Made by a program: the position numbers and the translations under genes
Origin: Trichoplax adhaerens
Lineage: Eukaryota > Animalia > Placozoa
Assembly: GCF_000150275.1 (NCBI RefSeq)
Contig: NW_002060947.1
Location: forward strand, 5,118,267 to 5,182,266
Reading direction: 5' to 3'
Length of the DNA stretch: 64,000 bases
Notes under the pieces: generated by a model
The model's database searches: none
Told to the model about the DNA's origin: nothing
The model's input: only the letters and a program-made list of their open reading frames with translations
Shown here: positions 61,721-64,000 of the stretch, piece by piece
Layout: each line of letters begins with the position of its first letter
Numbering within the stretch: position 1 is the stretch's first letter

Positions 61721-62779
61721 TTAATTAAGTTTCGAATCTTTGATTGTCACTATAGGAGACAGATGATCTGAATGATAATGTTTTGCACTAGAAATTAAAA
61801 TTACTGAATTATTTTCAGAAAGAGACTTGCAACAGCAACGCTTAAAAATCCTGAAAGATTCAGCTCTAATATTTTTATCAAATTTAATGTATAAGAATGG
61901 ACTCATAATGGTAATACTAAGTGTAACTGTCATAGAGTAAAACAATAAAAGAAAGAGCGTAAGATTGTTTTTGACCAAATTTCGACCGGAGACTTGCTTT
62001 ATAGCCATGCTCAAAATTGCGACAAAAAATGGCCAAGTAGTCAACAGATAAGATGAGGCAATGCTAGTAAGAACACCAATAAATTTTTTCTTCTTAGTTT
62101 CATCACGATAGCGTCTTTCGTCACTAATGTAACCTGGCCGAATACTTTGCCTTTGATGCATAATAATTCTCCAATATGTAATTATTATCGCGGTTGATGG
62201 TATAAAATATAATATAAGTGTAAATACAAAGAGGTAAATTGATTTATTCAAAGTAACTTCAGGAAAATCGCAAAATATGGGATCGTCAGGGTAGACATTA
62301 ACATAAAATAAGAGGGGCACACATACAGCTGCTGATATAATCCAAACTTGAATTTCACTGAATAAAATAATTCGTGATTTTTTAGAATGATAAACTGATA
62401 AAAACGGCCTAACAACAGCGAAGTAACGATCAATAGCTATAATTGCCAAGGTCATCATTGATATTCCATAGGATGTCATTGTTGTAAAAATAATCGTACG
62501 ACAAACGATTCTGCCGTCGTTAACATCTAATCTATATACGACCATCAAGATATAACATGCTGCCGATGTGAAGCATGAAATGCTATCTGATATAACTGAG
62601 ACCCGTATTAAATTATATGTCGTTTTGCTAAAGTGAAACCGATTACTTAGGACCATAAGCATAAACAAATTGGCTAATAGGCCTATGGCTGATAAAGGAC
62701 TAGCTGCTATGCCGGCGTATCGGAATACATCAGAATAAGTTGCAGTCCCATTAGTTCCATTGCTTGAAATATTCCCCAT
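61721..62779 (-). CDS. Intronless class A orphan GPCR, array copy 11 (subfamily I; retains the TM4 Trp)
   Basis: 352-aa 7TM ORF; GLLAN, IRVSVISD, AIDRYFAVVRP, TM4 QVWIISAAVCVP, VYPDDPIFCD, SIRPG, TWPFF, MSPFLYIKFD. Confidence 0.95.
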   Translation of the reverse strand: MGNISSNGTNGTATYSDVFRYAGIAASPLSAIGLLANLFMLMVLSNRFHFSKTTYNLIRVSVISDSISCFTSAACYILMVVYRLDVNDGRIVCRTIIFTTMTSYGISMMTLAIIAIDRYFAVVRPFLSVYHSKKSRIILFSEIQVWIISAAVCVPLLFYVNVYPDDPIFCDFPEVTLNKSIYLFVFTLILYFIPSTAIIITYWRIIMHQRQSIRPGYISDERRYRDETKKKKFIGVLTSIASSYLLTTWPFFVAILSMAIKQVSGRNLVKNNLTLFLLLFYSMTVTLSITIMSPFLYIKFDKNIRAESFRIFKRCCCKSLSENNSVILISSAKHYHSDHLSPIVTIKDSKLN

Positions 62780-64000
62780 TTCCAGGTCTGATAGTTATTA
62801 ATTTAATACTTTAAATAATAATTTTAAAACCCTACCAATACATTAGCTGGAAAATACTCAATTAAATTGCCTTGACCTCTTACCAAATAAAAATACGAAA
62901 GATAATGGTCAACAGCATCTTGTTTAACGAATTAAATACATAAAGTTACCATATATGTAAGGGTGCAATCAAAAATCTTTATTCACTTAGGAATAGTTCT
63001 ATTCCTATTTGTTTCTCTATTCTAAGATTATAAAGGTAATCTTTCCCATGCATCGATTTTAGCAGTTGCTGTAAATTAGCTGAAATACAATAAGCCTGTA
63101 ATGGAGGGCAAGTGATAGCCAGTGCAGCTTTAGGTAACGAAGAATACAAACTCTTAATGATATTTTTCCCAGGATCTACTACTCCTTCAAGTACGCCATG
63201 TTCACTAGCATAAATGGTTCTGGCAATAGCTCTTAAGCTCAATTCATTCAAATCTATTATTAGATATATTAAGCCTTATGGCCAAGTTGGTAATAGATTT
63301 GTTATTTTCTATAGCTACACTAATCAGCATTAAGGTACTTTGAGACAGATTTTGAAGATACCCTTTCCTATTTTATTAATGACATTCATAGGTCTGGTCT
63401 ATTCACTGCTATTATCAAAATAGTTCTGAAAAGACCCATTTATGTTTATAGCTGTGTAAGTAAATACCAATGGCCGATCATCTAAATGAGATTGATTAGG
63501 AAGTGAATTAGTTTAGTATTTATGAACAAAGTAAAATTGTCATTGTCTAATTAATCTTTTCATCAACTTTATTTGTTTTTTTGAAATAAAAGAGTTTAAA
63601 ATAGATATTTTAATAAAGAAAATAGATTAAAAATATTTAGTGCTTAGTTTGTCCAATAGGCTTTTATGTTTCACGGTGCTGATTTAAGAGATTTATTGCA
63701 TTTTGTTTTCTCTAAAGCGCATTTTAATTACCATAGATTCTAAAGTTTTTAATGTAAGTATGCTTACATTCAAGTAGCTGACTGCAATAATAACGTCGTA
63801 AACTGTACTATCTAGCACACTTTTTATGTCATACTCATATGCGTAGACATGAATTTGATTATTATTCCAATCATAAGGGCTTATATTTAATATATATTCT
63901 ACTGAATGCTGGAATGTGGAAAAGTTTCAGCTATCGATATTTAAAAGAAGTTAATATGGAATTTCGATGGAAGTGAAAATTAAGACAGATTAAAATAGTA

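Noticed and set aside
1589-62779. Opsin, or named neuropeptide/amine receptor assignment for the GPCRs
   Set aside because: No TM7 retinal-binding Lys, no TM3 Asp typical of amine receptors, and no diagnostic motif for a named family; left as orphan.
62979-63251. 90-aa ORF upstream of GPCR copy 11 with somewhat protein-like composition
   Set aside because: TTG start, no motif I recognise and no supported splice partners; cannot be called without a homology search.

Overview
AT-rich eukaryotic genomic DNA with short GT-AG introns and one 50-N gap (14498-14547). The style resembles a compact early-branching animal genome such as the placozoan Trichoplax; that is inference and not provable from the sequence. 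Four things stand out. (1) A head-to-tail tandem array of 11 intronless class A (rhodopsin-like) orphan GPCR genes, all on the minus strand: 9 intact ORFs and 2 pseudogenes. They form two interleaved subfamilies that share family-specific motifs (ICL3 'VRPG', ECL2 'YPDD..CD', and loss of the TM4 Trp in all but one copy). (2) A tandem pair of RTN4IP1-like (MDR/quinone oxidoreductase) genes with 8 shared coding exons, embedded in the array. One copy can acquire a putative mitochondrial presequence through an extra upstream exon; the other apparently cannot. (3) A dense population of about 15 non-coding elements with TGTYAC...GTRACA-type termini (165-631 bp units) that I read as solo LTRs. Ten have perfect 5-bp target-site duplications. 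They include a doubly nested insertion and an LTR-in-LTR remnant, and many share a G.U-containing terminal hairpin. (4) A decayed Ty3/gypsy (Mag-like) gag remnant with an 18-nt tRNA-Ser(GCT) primer-binding site. I found no rRNA, tRNA or CRISPR features.
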